From Monocercomonoides exilis PA203 (Eukaryota; Protista; Preaxostyla), in the NCBI GenBank assembly GCA_001643675.2, contig LSRY02000065.1:349565-413564 (forward strand): DNA of 64,000 nucleotides, read 5' to 3'. Below the pieces are notes generated by a model. It saw nothing but the letters and a program-made list of their open reading frames with translations. It did no database searches and had not been told where the DNA came from. Each line of letters begins with the position of its first letter. Position 1 is the stretch's first letter. The position numbers and the translations under genes were made by a program. This document shows, piece by piece, positions 1 to 14,418 of the stretch.

Positions 1-388
1 CAAACAAAACAGAAGAAGCCATCACCATGGAGATTCACCAAATGAACGCTCTGCCAAACTGCATCCCTTGAATGTGAAACTTCAACTGGTTGTTATCTAC
101 GAAATTTGATCAATATACTTTGTTAATAAAACATTAAATATGTATTTCATACATTGAAGATGTCCACATGATAAGATCAAGGACTTCATGCTTAGCGCAT
201 ATTGATTTGGGATGTGATGTTGATGTAATCAATGTAAATATCATTTCCCACTTTTGCTGTGTTTGCATTGAACTTCATTTCAACAAATCCATATTCGAAT
301 CTCCTCTTTTTTGCTGCCAAATACACTTTTCCTCCTTTTCTTGTGCAGTTGTTGTTGCTTCAATAAATATCTTCTTGCATTTTGCATT
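1..388 (-). pseudogene. Degenerate fragment of a GG...FxxNxA-type (PMP/beta-helix-like) surface-protein family gene
   Basis: The minus strand translates to GGKVYLAAKKRRFEYGFVEMKFNANTAKVGNDIYIDYINITSQINMR*, which has a GG...F.N.A..G.DIYI pattern. It is bounded by stops and runs toward the window edge. Confidence 0.3.
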
Positions 389-1083
389 CTATCTTATTTC
401 AGAAGAAAATAAATTAAAATATAATGAAAATCGTTAAAATATTCTATAAATAAGTTAATTCATATGAAATTCAAACTTTGTTGGCGTCACCAGCGTTTCT
501 TAATTCAAGATCATCACGGCATAACATTAATATCCTCAAACTGCACAAAATTGATCAGCTTAAAAATCATAAACAAAATTCATTAAGGATAGAATGAAAT
601 TTTAATAATCTTTAATTGCACACTTTAATAATATTTCTAAACATTTGATTTGTCTCAGATTTACAAGCTGGGGTTCAATTCTTGACGAAAGAAAGTAATT
701 TCTTATTTTTTGGATATTAAAAATATAATTGTGGGATAGATCAAAATATTTTAATTTTTTAATTTATTTTTTTTTATGTTTTATTTTTTGAAAAATCATT
801 TTTATAATAAGAGTATATAATAATTAACAACTTCTCAGCTGCTTATTATTTTAAAATTATCAATTATTATCAAAATTTTGAAAAAATACTCAGATTTATG
901 GGTGATTTTTAAAAATAGTTTTTTCTCAAGGATCAAAAAGAATTTCAAAATTCCAGTCCATACAAATGTTTTATTATTAATTCTACTTTTTATTTATCAT
1001 AATGTTTTAAAACATTATCAAGAATCGAAAAAGGACATTAAATACACCTATGCCGAAAATATTATAATAGAGAAGAGAAATTA

Positions 1084-1490
1084 TCAAATAATTACAAAGA
1101 AAAGCGTTATGCATTGAAACTGATTTGAATAAACAAACTCGTATATACTTTGTTCTGAGGCTACACAAATACAAAGAATTAGGAAATAAATTGGGAAGAG
1201 AGAGAGAAAGAAATAGAAAAAGAAAAAGAAAAGGAGAAGGAGAAGGAGAAGGAGAAGGAGAAAAAAAAGAAAGAGAAAGAGAGAAGGAGAAAATAAATAT
1301 GACATGGATAAGTTAAAAAAGAAATAGAGAAAGACGATTAATTTGACACAAACATGTTGCTGTTGCTTTCTCGAATGCAGTCTTTGTTGAGCAGCTGATA
1401 CACTTTGCTCCATCCTCAATGGCTCAGATGTCAGCTCTTCTATTTCCTTTGACAAACTTGATGCAACATTTTCCAAATGCTGGAGGTGAA
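1084..1490 (-). CDS. Possible exons of a small coiled-coil protein; start not resolved
   Basis: A non-repetitive segment at about 1350-1490 (HLENVASSLSKEIEELTSEPLRMEQSVSAAQQRLHSRKQQQH) sits between simple-repeat tracts that look like introns. A TAG acceptor lies near 1161. Confidence 0.3.
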
Positions 1491-4360
1491 AGAAGAAGTA
1501 GAAGAAAAGAGATAAAAGAAAGAAATGCAAATATTCTGATGGAAGAAGAAGAAAAGAAGAATTAATAAGAAGTATTCGAAATGAGTTGATGGAAGATGAA
1601 TAATTGAATCAAGTAATATCGATACGAGGAGAAGGAGAAGAAGGAGAAGAAGAGAAAGAAAAAACAGAAAAAGATAAAGATAAAGATAAATCAAAATAAA
1701 AAAGTCAATGCGAATCGCTGTAATGATCACTAACTTTTCATTTGAACAAAGCTAAAACTATCACAAAAAATCAGAGCAACAATTAAATGAAAAAAACAAA
1801 TAAAAATTATAAGAGACTTAAATAAAAATGAACTTTTAATTCAAATCAGATTGTTTTTAAACATTTTCATAACAAATAAAATTTATTCATATTCATGGAA
1901 ATTGATTCTCTCAAGTCAATTTATTTCTGAACAACATATCAAACAAATATTTTTTGAAAAAATAAACAATTGTTAAATAAAAAGGAATGAATTTTCTTTA
2001 ACGAATTGCAAAAAAATGCAAAATAAAAATTTCGATAATTATGACACTCAGAAAAAACTTGTTAAACATGAAAAATCACTACGGTTTTAAGCCTTTGAAA
2101 AATGATAAATAATAAAAATGAGATACTGAAAATAATGCTTCAAAAACATTGAAAAATGAATTGGAAAATCTTTATGTGAATTTGCATAGAATGATAAGAC
2201 GTCTGTCAAAGCGAAAATAGTATTTTAATAAATGAAAATTTTGGTAAGGTTTATTGATAGTGAATTGTGAGTAAATTTTTGTTTTGAAAATTTTGAATTA
2301 TTGGAAAGTGTTTTATTTTTTTCAAAGCATAATTAAAAAAAATTGTTTGCTTTTATCTTTTAAAAAAAAACAGTGCCGGGCACTGACTGACGAGAGATCC
2401 ACATTTTTCAAGGTGACGCAGATGTTTACACAATCTAATCATGATAAGTCTTTCATTCTCATTTCAAAAAAAGCATGTGAAATTTTTCAAAATTGAAAAA
2501 TTTATTAAACGCGCAGAATGGAACAAAATTCATTGGGCAAAAATTTTTATCCCAGACAGGTGATTTATTTTTTTGAAATCATAAATTTATTGTCAAAATA
2601 TTATGTTTGAAAATTTGTTTTTCATTTTCGTGAAAGAACATTGAATAGTGATAACAATGTCTTCAAAAAAGAATTTTCATGAACGAATCTCGAATGAATG
2701 CTTTCGTGACAAAGGAAATTCAAAAATATATGGAAATGATGATTTCCAAGCCATTCACAAAAGATAACTATTAATTCATCTCCCCGAAAAAAGTTATGAT
2801 TGTTATTATTATTTCCAAAATTTAATTGAAATAATGCATGACAAAATTTTTGAATTAATTTGAAATACAACGAATTGTTCCAAACTTTTTCTCCATCGCA
2901 TCATTTTTTATCTATCATTCCCATGCATAATAATGAAAAAAAATACAATTAATTTGTCCAAATTTTTTGAAAAGTTCATTTTATTTAATTTTCAAATAAG
3001 ACAAAAATATCATATTTCGATCGAATTTCTGTTCCCACTGACAATACTTCACAAAAATGGAAACATAAGCATTGTCAAGATTTTGTTTTCATGGCAGCGA
3101 AATTTGGTGAGAGGGAACAGAAATTTGATCGAAATATGAAATTTTTATTTAATTTGAAATTTAAACAAAAGGAACTTTTCAAAAAAATTTAGCCATATAA
3201 ATGATAAATTTCATCTAAACCATTTCAAATACTAATGTTTAAGATGAAATAAAGAAAAACATTTGTTGGATAAGAATGTTCACTTTTCAGTGATCATTTA
3301 CAAATATTCAGATAAAAAATTTTTTTCAGTATTTTTTGATAGAAAAAATTGATTTCAAAAATAATCGCCCATATGAACACTAAAATAAATTATGCGCTTT
3401 TATTTGTCAGAGAACAAATAACAAAATAGGGCATGAAAGTGACAAAATCCAATTAAAAAGTGAAATCAATTAAAGCTTGACATTCTATTTGCAAATTTCA
3501 GATCGAAAGAAAGATGTTGATGAAATTAAGGACAAGGAAAGAAAGGTTGCATAATGATGTTATTATAGACGAAAGAAATGGAATTGAAAGACTTTTGAAT
3601 AAGTTTTCAAAAAGTTTTTTTAATTTTGAATTTTTTGATGATTCTATTCTTTAAATTTCCTCAGGTTATTAATAAAGAATTATTATTTTTTAAATGGGAC
3701 AAAACATTTGTCTTCAGGCATTTTAAATGGAAAATTTTTCATCTTTGATGAACTTTTTGTGATCAAAAATTTTGAAATAAACGGGTTTGTTTTTTGAAAT
3801 ACGTTTGATGTCACAAAACATAATGTTGTCATATCAATGATGTTTGTGTTCATATTTGAAAATCAAATTTATTTTGAAATCTGAAAGTTATTGAAAAAGT
3901 TATTTGTTAATCAATTTTTTCATGCATTGTACAAAAAAAGCTTGAAAGTCTATATTTTCCCTCATATTTTTTCTTCTTTTCATAAACTCTTATCTTTTAT
4001 AGTATTATCACTCCTTGACGCATATATGCGGTCCACAAATAATTATAAAAATTGTTTGTTGTTTTATTTTATTTTATGATACTGTTTATTTTCGAAAATG
4101 TCCAATATATATTAAAAATATTATCATAGAATTTCATCTTCGAACATTATTGAAATGTCTTTCATGTGAATTCTTATCCTGAAAAGGTGAAAAACAATAT
4201 TTTCTCTATGCATCATCTTAATTAATGGATTTTTTTATCACTTATAATTTGTTAACAGTATTCACATTCTTATTTTTGTATTTTTTTCGTTTTCCTTATT
4301 TTTGTTTAATTTTTCAATTTCATTTATTCAAACATGAACACTCACATACACAAACACATA

Positions 4361-4362
<2 letters not shown>

Positions 4363-4408
<46 letters not shown>
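4363..4408. repeat. poly(A) tract
   Basis: About 45 consecutive A. Similar tracts occur at about 29114-29148 (T) and about 30530-30587 (A). Confidence 0.9.
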
Positions 4409-4409
<1 letters not shown>

Positions 4410-4566
4410 ATTGACCTGACTTACATACATATATATTTTTCTCTTTTAGTTGTGCTCAAAAAATTGTTTTTGCGTTTTAAAAACGTTTCTTTAATATTTG
4501 AGTAAAGTTTCCTATGGGCATTGATCATATTGTTAACGGTTTTTAAATAGTCGATAAGACCAGGAA

Positions 4567-7500
4567 ATGGCTGAACAAATTGCTTTAGGTATTTTATTGC
4601 ATTCTCATTTACTTATTATTGCAACTTATGTGAAAAAATTTGAAAGCTGTTGCCGTTAACGATTGCACGCGATTGAAAGGATCAAAATCCGTTGTTGGGT
4701 TCGAATTTGGTGATGAATATTGCGAGGTTGCTCTTTTTTACATATTTTAAAATTGATTATTCCTTCAATATTACTGTGATTTTTTATTTTCTTTTTGTGA
4801 AGTCAAATGTTGTTGAATGTGTTCAAAATGGGACAGAATTTAGGGCAAGCTATGATTTTATAACGACATTTAGTGATATTACTGTTGATGAAGATTTTGT
4901 TAATCAATTAGCTTCGACTCCTTTGGTTTTTCGATTTTACGAATTTGTCGAACCAATTGGAAAGAAAAATGACAAGCAACAAAAGAATTCTTCAGGAAAA
5001 GCACCTCTTTCAAAGGGAGTGGGAGCGCCATTTCCAACTGGGAATCCTGCCGATCTTCCCCCAAACACTATTGCAAATCCGCAAATCGGTGATCTACAGA
5101 AGAATCTAATTGGCACTGTTGAAGTGTCGCTTCTGCCTTTTGTATCAAATGCAGGATTGCAAAGTATAGACACAGGAAGAGTTACTATTCAGCTAGCACC
5201 AGATTATGATTTACCAGCATTTGCAACGCAAAAAGATAGCCAGGTTGAAAAAAAGGCAGTTAGGTCTTCAACCGATACAAAAAAGCAGAAGGACTTGCAA
5301 CAACAGCAACAAGACTTGCCTGCGGCCATTGAAGAGGAGCTTCCTCCAGCTACAACACAAATACGGGTTGAGCTCTCTCAGGCGTTGTGCCGTGTTGTGG
5401 ATCTGCGTGAATGGAATGTGTTGACTGTTGCTGTTGGTGGACTATGCGGCCTTCCGCGTGCGTGGGAAGAAAAAGCCAAATACAATGTGGATGCGAAACA
5501 ATGTTTGAATGTTTATCGATTTTTTGATCATATTTATATTTCTGTTTGTTTTTCTTTCTTTTTTCTTTTCTTTTTTCTTTTCTTTTTTCTTTTCTTTTTT
5601 CTTTTCTTTTTTCTTTTCTTTTTTCTTTTCTTTTTTCTTTTCTTTTTTCTTTTCTTTTTTCTTTTCTTTTTTCTTTTCTTTTTCTTTTCTTTTTTTCTTT
5701 TCTTTTTCTTTTCTTTTTTCTTTTCTTTTTTCTTTTCTTTTTTCTTTTCTTTTTTCTTTTCTTTTTTCTTTTCTTTTTTCTTTTCTTTTTTTTTCTTTGT
5801 GTTCATATTTCCTAAATGAACTTATCTTCTTTTTACAAATTGAATATGATTTTCAATCAATTTATTAATTTATTTATTTATTTGTTAATGCAGTGCCTGT
5901 TTCATACACACTGGCCCTTCCGCTTCCCTTCACACGGCGCGACATCAGCGCTCTTTCAAGCGACTCTGCCAGAACACAAACGCAGACACAGACACAATCT
6001 CAATCACAATCTCAATCACAATCTCAATCACAATCGCAGATGCAGATTGCATGTTCACTCAGATCTTCTCGTGCAGGCACCGCAAATGGAGGAGATAATT
6101 CATCTTCATCGTCTTCTTCTTCTTCTTCACTGCTTAGCTCAAGCGAAACAATGCAAAGTCCACTGCCTGCTTCCAACTCTTCTTCTTCAGCTTCTCTCGC
6201 TCCATCTTCATCAAACGCAATTTCCTCTTCCATCACCATTCATTCATCATCATCATCATCTTCTTCTTCTTCTTCTCTTTCCCTTCTTGCCATCCCCTCC
6301 ACTGCCCTCTTCACAAACGGCTGCTTTGTCCCTCCTCCTCCTCTCCACAGCACCGACCCTTTGTCCTTCCAAAAGCCCTCTCAATTGCAATCCTCTCTGC
6401 TTCAGTCTCAATTCCAATCCCAATCGCAGTCAGCATCCCAATCAACTGCCCAGCTTCCCTCGCCTTTGCAGGCACAACTCACACAACTGTCTCAACCCAC
6501 TCCACTGACACAGCTGCCTGATGACCCTTCCTCATTCACAGATGCGGCGGGCGTTCCTCTTCCCTTTGAGGCTGCCATCCTCCCTTCTGCCTCTGCTGCC
6601 AGGACGCTTTCGTCGCAGCTGGCTGGGCAGCCAGAAAAGAGCGAAAAAGCAGAAAAAGCAGAAAAATCGGAAAAATCAGAGAAGAATGCAAAAGGAGACA
6701 AAGATGCTTCGCTTTTTCCCGGAGGAGAAAACGGAGCTGCAGGACTTGTGGATATTGCGTGGAATGTTGTGGATGATGGCCTTCCGCCAGTGGGAATGCT
6801 ACGCCTCGCCCCGCCACGCCCTCAGCTTCCTCAGTTTTCTCAGCTGGGGCAGTCAATGTCTGCCTCACTCTCGCGCAGCAACGGATCACATCTGAATGCA
6901 AGCAACGGGATGAATGGAGCTTCAGGTGCTGGTTCTTCTTCTTCTTCTTCCTCCTCCTCCCCTTCTTCTTATCCATCCGCCTTCTCCTCTCTCGATGCCT
7001 CGCACTCATCAGACACCAACTCCCCCTTTCTCGACCGTTCGCAGGGGCTGTCATTGGCAAGCACTGGGTTAGGTTCTCCTGCATTGAGCAGCATGAGCAT
7101 GCTGTTTGGAGGGGTGAATCCGCTTGTGGACGATCCAGACGATGAAGGATGCCTCAGCAGCCAGATGTTCATGGCAGCGCTTGCAAACCACGAGGGGGAA
7201 GAAAAGAAGGAAGTGGAAGGAGAAGGAGAAGGAGAAGTGGAAGTAGAAGGAGAAGGAGCTGCTTATGATTCGATTCAAATGAATCCATCATCATTGCCTT
7301 CTTCTTCTTCTTCCTCTTCCTCTTCCTCTTCCTCTTCAGAGGAGAAGAAGCAGAATGAGTCTTCTCTTCTGTCTATGTCCCTTCTCACTCTCCATCAGTC
7401 TTCTTCTGAATGGCGTCGCCCACACGTCGCCTTCCAGTCTGCCCTTCCTCCTTCAATGGCAGCTGTCTCAACAGTCAAACTGCCATCAACGATGATGATG

Positions 7501-10500
7501 TTGCCTAATGCTTCTGCTTCTGTGTCTGCTTCATCGTCATCTTCTTCTTCCTCTTCCTCTTCCTCTTCTTCTAATAATAATAATAATCAAAATACAGCTC
7601 TTCTATCTCTTCCTTCTCTCCTTCCACCAAAGGAGCATTTATCTGCCTCGCTCAACACCATTCCTCCATCAGTTGCTGCAAAGGAAGCCAGTTTATCAGC
7701 CAGTTCTAATCAGAATGGACAAAATGGATTGAATGGAATGAATTCTTCTCTTCTTCCTTCTGCTCTGATGGCAACCGCACAGCTGAATTCTTCGCAGAGA
7801 GGAGGAGGTTTGGATTCTTCTTTGGCTCAGACGAGCTTTTCGCTGTCAGCTTTTGCAAACACAAATGGATTGCGTTCATCAGCAGATGGAGGGAAAGAGC
7901 TGGGGAGAAGCGGGATTGGAGCACAGGGTGTATCAGAGGGGGAAGAAGGAGGAAGAGAAAGAGGAGAAAGAGGAGAACGAGGAGAAATGAATGAGGAAGA
8001 GGATGGGATGCATGGGTTGCCACTGTTTGTGCCTATAAACTCTTCGTCTGCTGTGCATGTTTCGTCGCTTTTTGCCTCTTTGACACCTCAATTGCCAAGT
8101 GTTTTGAGTGGGATGGTACCTTCTTATGCAGCAGAAGCAGGAGAGGAGGGGGGAATAATGATGGGACAAGGGCAGAGAGAAGGAGAAGGAGCTGGTGAAG
8201 ATGGGGCGAATGCGCAGAAGGAGGAGAAGAAAGAGGAGAAGAAAGAAGAGAAGAAGGAGGAAGGGAAAGGGAAAGGAAAGAAAGAAGGTTTGACTTTTTA
8301 TTTATTTTTTATTTTATTTTATTTATTTTAATTTTTATTTATTTATTTATTTATTTATTTATTAATCTTATTCTTCACTCACATATTCCATCTTCTTCTT
8401 ATCTAATTAATCCCTCCTGCCCAATAAATAAAAAAATAAAATAAAATAAAATAAAAAATAAAAAATAAAAATAATCAGCTCAAACAGAATCTCATTCATT
8501 GCATCCTTCTCTTCCCCAGTTCCCTTGTCTCTACCGTCGCATTCTTTCTCCTCAGTCAGTTGAAGCACTGAAGAATCTTGCACTGGAGAAGGAGAAGAAC
8601 GATGAGAAGGAAAGGATGAAGAGAGAAAGGAAAGAGAAGAAAGGGAAAAATGCGAAGAAGAGTAAGAAGATGACAGGAAAAGAAGGGAAAAGAAGCAGAA
8701 GAAGCAAATTAGAAGAGGAAGAAGAAGATGATGAGAAAGAAGAAGATGAAGAAGATGAAGAAGAATATGATGAACTTAATTCACAAAAGAGCAGAAACAA
8801 AAATTTGAATGGAAATCCATTTGAAGAGTCAACAATAGCCAAACAAGAGCGATCTTTGCTTCTTTCCTCAATGGGATTGGAAGATCCGATACATTCACAT
8901 CTTTCTTCCTCTTCCTCTTCCTCTTCCTCTTCTCATTCAATTCCACCAACAGCTGCTCCTCTTGCCTTCACAGGTGGCATTGGCCATCCTCTCATCCCCC
9001 CTCCTTCTTGTCTCTCTCTCCTCTGTGACAGAACCTCTCCTGTTACTTCTCTTCTGTCAGACAACAACTCTTCCTCCTCCTCCTCCTCTTCTTCTTCTTC
9101 TTCTTCTCATAACTCTTTTGTTCCTTCTTATCCCAATCCTTCTTCTTCTTCCTCTTCTTCTGCCTTCTCTGGTTATAACTCAACCACTTCATCAATTGCT
9201 CAGCTTCCATCTGTTGCCTCTTCATTCGTTGGAGAAAGAGGAGAAAGAGGAGGGTATTTGAACAGCAATTCGAATGTTCCCTCTGTTTTGCCTTACAGAC
9301 ACAGTTTTGCAGCTTATATCCCTCTTCAGCCATTAGCTCAGCCCGGAACGACTGTTGTGTGTGGGAGGTTTGATCTGTTTGACTTGAATGCCCAGGGGAA
9401 AAGCGTTAAAAGGGTGGAGTGGGAAGAGGAAGAGGCGGAAAGGAAGAGGAGGGAGAAGGAGAAGAAGGAGAAGAAGAGGAGAGGAGAGAGGGAGGAGAAT
9501 GGGGTTGAGGGAGGGGATGAGATGTTTGGGAGGGAAAACAAGAAAGCGGATGAAGGAGTTGATATCAGAAAGAGCACAGGATCAGTGGCTGGTGGAAGGG
9601 GCGATAAAGGAAAAGGAGAAAAAGAGAAAGAGAAGGAGAAGGAGAAAGAGAAAGAGAAGGAGAAAGAAGGAGATAGAAAGAAAGGAGGGGAGAAAGGGAA
9701 GAATGCAGAGCAAGACAAGAGCGATGCGTATGATGATGGCGTTGGAGGAGCGAAATGTGTTGAGAGAGCAAAATCCTTCGCAATTGTTGCATTGGGCTTG
9801 GAACACCCGCTTATTCCTGTTACTCCGCCTCCTGCGCCTCCTCTTCCGTTGGCAAGTGGCAAAAAACAAGGAAAAGGAGAAGAGAAGAATGGGACTTCGG
9901 GAAATTCGATGAAGAATGTGAAGGATGTGAATGGGCAAGTGTCAAATTCATCATCATCATCTTCTTCTTCTTCTTCTTCTTCTTCTTCAAATTCACAAAA
10001 ATCAAAATCCTCTTCCTCCTCTTCTTCTTCTTCCTCCTCTTCTTCTCTTCTCCCCTTCTCTTCCCCCATCGACCCCCACCATCTTCAGCAGAGCCCCTAT
10101 TCCCTCTCTCCTCTCCACTGCATATCCCCTCATGTTCTGTCTGACGGCCACATCATCGACACCTCTTCCACTGATGTTTCTTCTGTTCCTCCTTCTCTCT
10201 TGTCCAATTCCACTCTTTCATCTGACTCTGCCCTTGCCTCAACAATCAACCAGACAGTGGAGACATTCGCACACGCTGTGTTATCACAGACGGATCCTGA
10301 ATTTGTTGCGGCTTCTTCTTCTTCTTCCTCTTCCTCTTCTGGTTCTTCTTCTTCTTCTTTTGATTCAGAAACAGGTGGGTTTGGATTTCAGGGTATTGAA
10401 TTGCAATCACAGCAGACCCAACAACAACATCAAAATTACAATTCTTCTTCTTCTTCTTCAGTCTCCAACACACCACGTGGCATCTCCCGCACTCCTCTCA

Positions 10501-12896
10501 GCCCCTCTGCAGCTCAGCTCCAGAAGGGAATGAATCCTCAAAGCTCTTCAAAAGCCATCTCCTTCTCAACTCCTCCAACAGACAGAACAAGCAACGACGG
10601 CTTGCAAACAGTGCGTTCCTCTTCTTCTGCGCTGAGTGGCTTCTTCTTCCCTTCCTCTTCGTCTTCCACAGCCCCTTCCTCCTCTTCTTCTTCGAGTGGG
10701 GCGGTGGCAGAGATGAAAAGAAGCATCCGAAGAGCGCTGGAAGGGTCAGGGCAGATGGCGACAATACAAAGAGAGATGATGGCTATTCTTTTGATGCAGA
10801 TGAGGGAGCAAGGAGTGGCTGAACAAGCAGAAGGAGAAGGAGAAGGAGGAGAAGGAGGAGGAGGAGGACAAGAAGTGGCGGTGGCGAAGCTGTTTGCGAG
10901 TGTGAGGGAGAAGATGATGGTGCATTTGGAGAGGAATGTGTTTGGGGTGAGTGAGAAGGAGAAGGAGAAGGAGAGAGAGAGAGAGAAGAAAGGAATAGCT
11001 GGGCATTCAACAGGAATAGTTGGAGGGAAATCGCTTTCATCGTCTTCTCCTTCGATTGCTGGAGGAGATGGGAGAAGCGGAACAACAAGAACAGGAAGAT
11101 CACAGCAAGGGCAATCACAAAATACAACTTCTGCCATCTTTCCTTCGCAGAATGCTTCTTCTTCTTCTTCTTCAAGCTCATCATCTTCTTCTTCCTCCTC
11201 TTCTTCTTCTCGCAAGTCAAACATTCCCTCTTCTTACCCCACTTCATCTATTCCACCCACACCATCATTTATCACCTCCTCCTCTTCCTCTTCCTCTTCT
11301 TCTTCTTCTTCTTCTTCTTCTTCCGTTCTCTCTGACTCCCACCTCCTCTCTTTATACGATGAAGCCATCCTTCTTGGCCTCCACTCACAAGCAGAAGCAC
11401 ATCTGGATGAAGTGATTGCGAGGCATCCATTGAGTGAAGAGCTGTGGCTGATCAAAGGGAGCACAGCATTTCGAATGGGGGACACACCCAGAGCAGAGGA
11501 ATGCTTCAGAAGAGCTCTGCATTGCAATCCACGCTCAGGGATGGCGCTGTTGTGTGTGGGGTGTCTGAAATCAGCAAACAGAAGGAGTGAACAAGAAGCG
11601 GAAACGTTTTTGACTTCGCTGGTTGTGGAGAAGGATAGCAGGAATCCGATCTGCTGGGCGGTGCTGGGGCTGCATTATGCGTATGTGGGGAAAGAGGAAG
11701 AGGCAGAGCATGCGTTCTCAAGGGCAGCACAGCTAAGGAGGCATTTGTTGGGTGCGGCAGGGGTGGAAGGAGGAGGAGGAGGAGGAGGAATAACAGGGAT
11801 GGGAGGGATGGGGGGGAGTGTGTCAACAACAGTTATTAGGAAGCCTGTATTGCAGAGGGAGAACAGCAAGATTCGGATGGGCGAGCAGACAGGAGGGAAA
11901 GGGCAAGGGGGAAGTGGAGTGGGGTCGATGAGATCATCAGTGAATAGCGTGGGAGAAAGAGAAAGAGAGAGAGAAAGAGAGAGTTTGGTTGATTTGGATC
12001 CGTTTTCGCAGAGGAAGGATGTGAGAGGGCCGGGAATAGGTGTGAAGAGGGAGGAGAGGAGGGAAATTGGATTGCGATATTTGTGAATATGCATTAATTT
12101 ATATTGCATGAATTTGTGTTTTATGAATATTTTATCTGTTTTCTTTTTCTTTTTCTTTTTTCTTTTTTCTTTTTTCTTTTTCTTTTTTCTTTTTCTTTTT
12201 TCTTTTTCTTTTTTCTTTTTTTCTTTTTCTTTTTTTTTTTTTTTTTTTTTTTTAATGTTAATTTTCGATAAATTGCAATATATTCTTCATTCATCTTTTT
12301 ATGATTTTTATTCTTAATTTATGAATTCTTTTCTTTTCTCTTCTCTTCTTTTCTCTTCTTTTTCTCTCTCTCTTCACTTCTCTTTTGTTTCTCATTTTTT
12401 TCTTTTCTTTTCTTTTCTTCTTTTTTTCTCTTCTCTTCTCTTCTCTTCTCTTTTTTCTATTCTCTTCTATTCTTTTCTCCTTCATCCTTTTCTCCTTCAT
12501 CCTTTTCTCCTTCATCCTTTTCTCCTTCATCCTTATCCCTCTCTTCTCTTTTCCCTAACCCTTCTCTTCAGATGAGCCTAATTATGAGCGATTCCAGATC
12601 CCTGTTGTGGAGAATGGGCTGAGGAGGGAGAATGTTGGGCATGACCCCTTCTGCTTAGAAGTCGCTATGTTTCTGTTAGAACAGTGTGGATGCACTCATC
12701 TAGCTGAAGTGGCTGTGAAAATGGTTTGTATTCGAAAAAAAGAGAATAAATAAATATAAAAAATAAAAAAACAGAAATAAATTTAAAAAAGAAAAAGATA
12801 AATTTCGTTTTTTTTTTTAAATTATAACTAACATTTATGAAATCAACATTTAATTCTTTTCCTCTTTCTCTCTTTCTCTCTTTCTCTCTTTCTCTC

Positions 12897-12927
<31 letters not shown>

Positions 12928-13442
12928 GTCTCCTTCTCTCACTCAGGATCTCAACCACATTGGCCTCGCAGCGTACTTCCCTCTTCCCACAGCCACTCAA
13001 TCGAGACAATCCAAATTGCGGGTGACAATTCCAGGCGCCGGAATAAACGATGCACAAGGCGAAGAAGGGGATGTTGGGCAACTCCGAACATCAGTTACAT
13101 CAGCTGTGTCTGTTGGAGGAGAAGAAGAGGAAGAGGCAGGAAGAGGAGGAAGAGGAGAAGGAGAACAAGAAGGAGAAGGGAAAAGAAGTGCGAAGGATTT
13201 AGCATTCACTTATCCCTCAGCGATGGGGCTGTTATGTCTGGGGAAAGTGGCATATGACAGAGGAGAGGTGTCTTTTGCAGCAGAAGTGTTTGCGATGGGG
13301 CTGGCACTGGAACAAGAGAGCTATGACTTGCACAGATGGCTGGGCCATGCACATTACTTGATGGTGTGGACTTTATTTATTTATATAATTATTTATTTAT
13401 TAATATTATTATTATTATTTTTGTTATTGTTATTGTTATTAT

Positions 13443-13504
<62 letters not shown>

Positions 13505-13655
13505 ATTATTATTGTATATGTATATGTATTGTTTTTTCTTTCTTTCTCTTTAAATATCAAATATATTTCTCTTTCTCATTTCTCTTTCAAATCTTCTTCT
13601 CTTCCTTTCTTTCCATCTCCCCATCTTTCAATTAATAATTTCTATCTATCTACCT

Positions 13656-13690
<35 letters not shown>

Positions 13691-14218
13691 TTTTTTCGCC
13701 CCTCACCCTCTTCACCCTCTCCCTCCCTCTCTCTCCCTCTCCCCCAGAACCATTATGATGACTCCCTCCGTGAATACACCAAAAGCATGGGCATACACGG
13801 CATCACCAAAGACGCCTCAGTCTGGCTGCGCATCGGAGAAATTCAGCTGAGCGAGCAAAAATTGAGCGAAAGCAAAGATGCATTTCTCCGGTCTGTGGCA
13901 GTGTGGAGGACGTGGAGGGGGCTTTTGGGCATTGGCGTGTGCTGCGTGTGGGAAGGGAACTATACAGACGCTGAAGACGCTTTATGTGCTGCTCATACCC
14001 ATAATGTGCATAGTGCTGAAGTGTGGGGTTATTTGGCGCTGCTGCTGAGTCTGTGCTCGCGCGCGGAAGAGGCGCTTATTGCGCTGTCGGAGGCATTGTC
14101 GCTTGGTTTTGCGGATGGAATGGTATTGTCAAGAGTAGCTCAACAGCTGGCAGAATTAGGATTTGTAGAAGAAACAGAAAAAATTAAGAATAGAATTCAG
14201 GCTGCCCAAGAAGAATAA
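4567..14218 (+). CDS. CFAP70: Cilia- and flagella-associated protein 70 (CFAP70/TTC18) with large low-complexity insertions
   Basis: Phase-consistent GT-AG exons: 4567-4588, 4647-4726, 4803-5502, 5894-8287, 8479-12039, 12572-12723, 12947-13363, 13748-14218. The N-terminus (ASYDFITTF...QLASTPLVFRFYE...LIGTVEVSLLPF...NVLTVAVGGLCGLP) resembles the CFAP70 N-domain. The TPR blocks (LWLIKGSTAFRMGDTPRAEECFRRAL; WLRIGEIQL...AEDALCAAHTHNVHSAEVWGYLAL) resemble its C-terminus as recalled. Confidence 0.85.
5549..5795 (+). repeat. Intronic pyrimidine minisatellite with a unit of about 12 nt (CTTTTTTCTTTT)
   Basis: Directly visible tandem array inside intron 5503-5893. It generates the spurious F/L-rich and K/R-rich ORFs in the track. 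Confidence 0.9.
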
Positions 14219-14418
14219 ATAAATAAAATAAAATCATTTCTAATGTTTTCATTACATTCGTTTTCTTTCATGTCTCAATTTCGTTCTTATATCCACGTCA
14301 CATTAAAAATTCATTTGTTTGAATGTACGTATGGCTTAGATCATTTTTGATCAATATATCAAAATAAAGACACCGTTAGCGTCTTATTGTCAGGTATTAA
14401 AGCTACTCTGACTATGCC

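Noticed and set aside
5509-5868. F/L-rich and K/R-rich ORFs
   Set aside because: They are translations of an intronic pyrimidine minisatellite.
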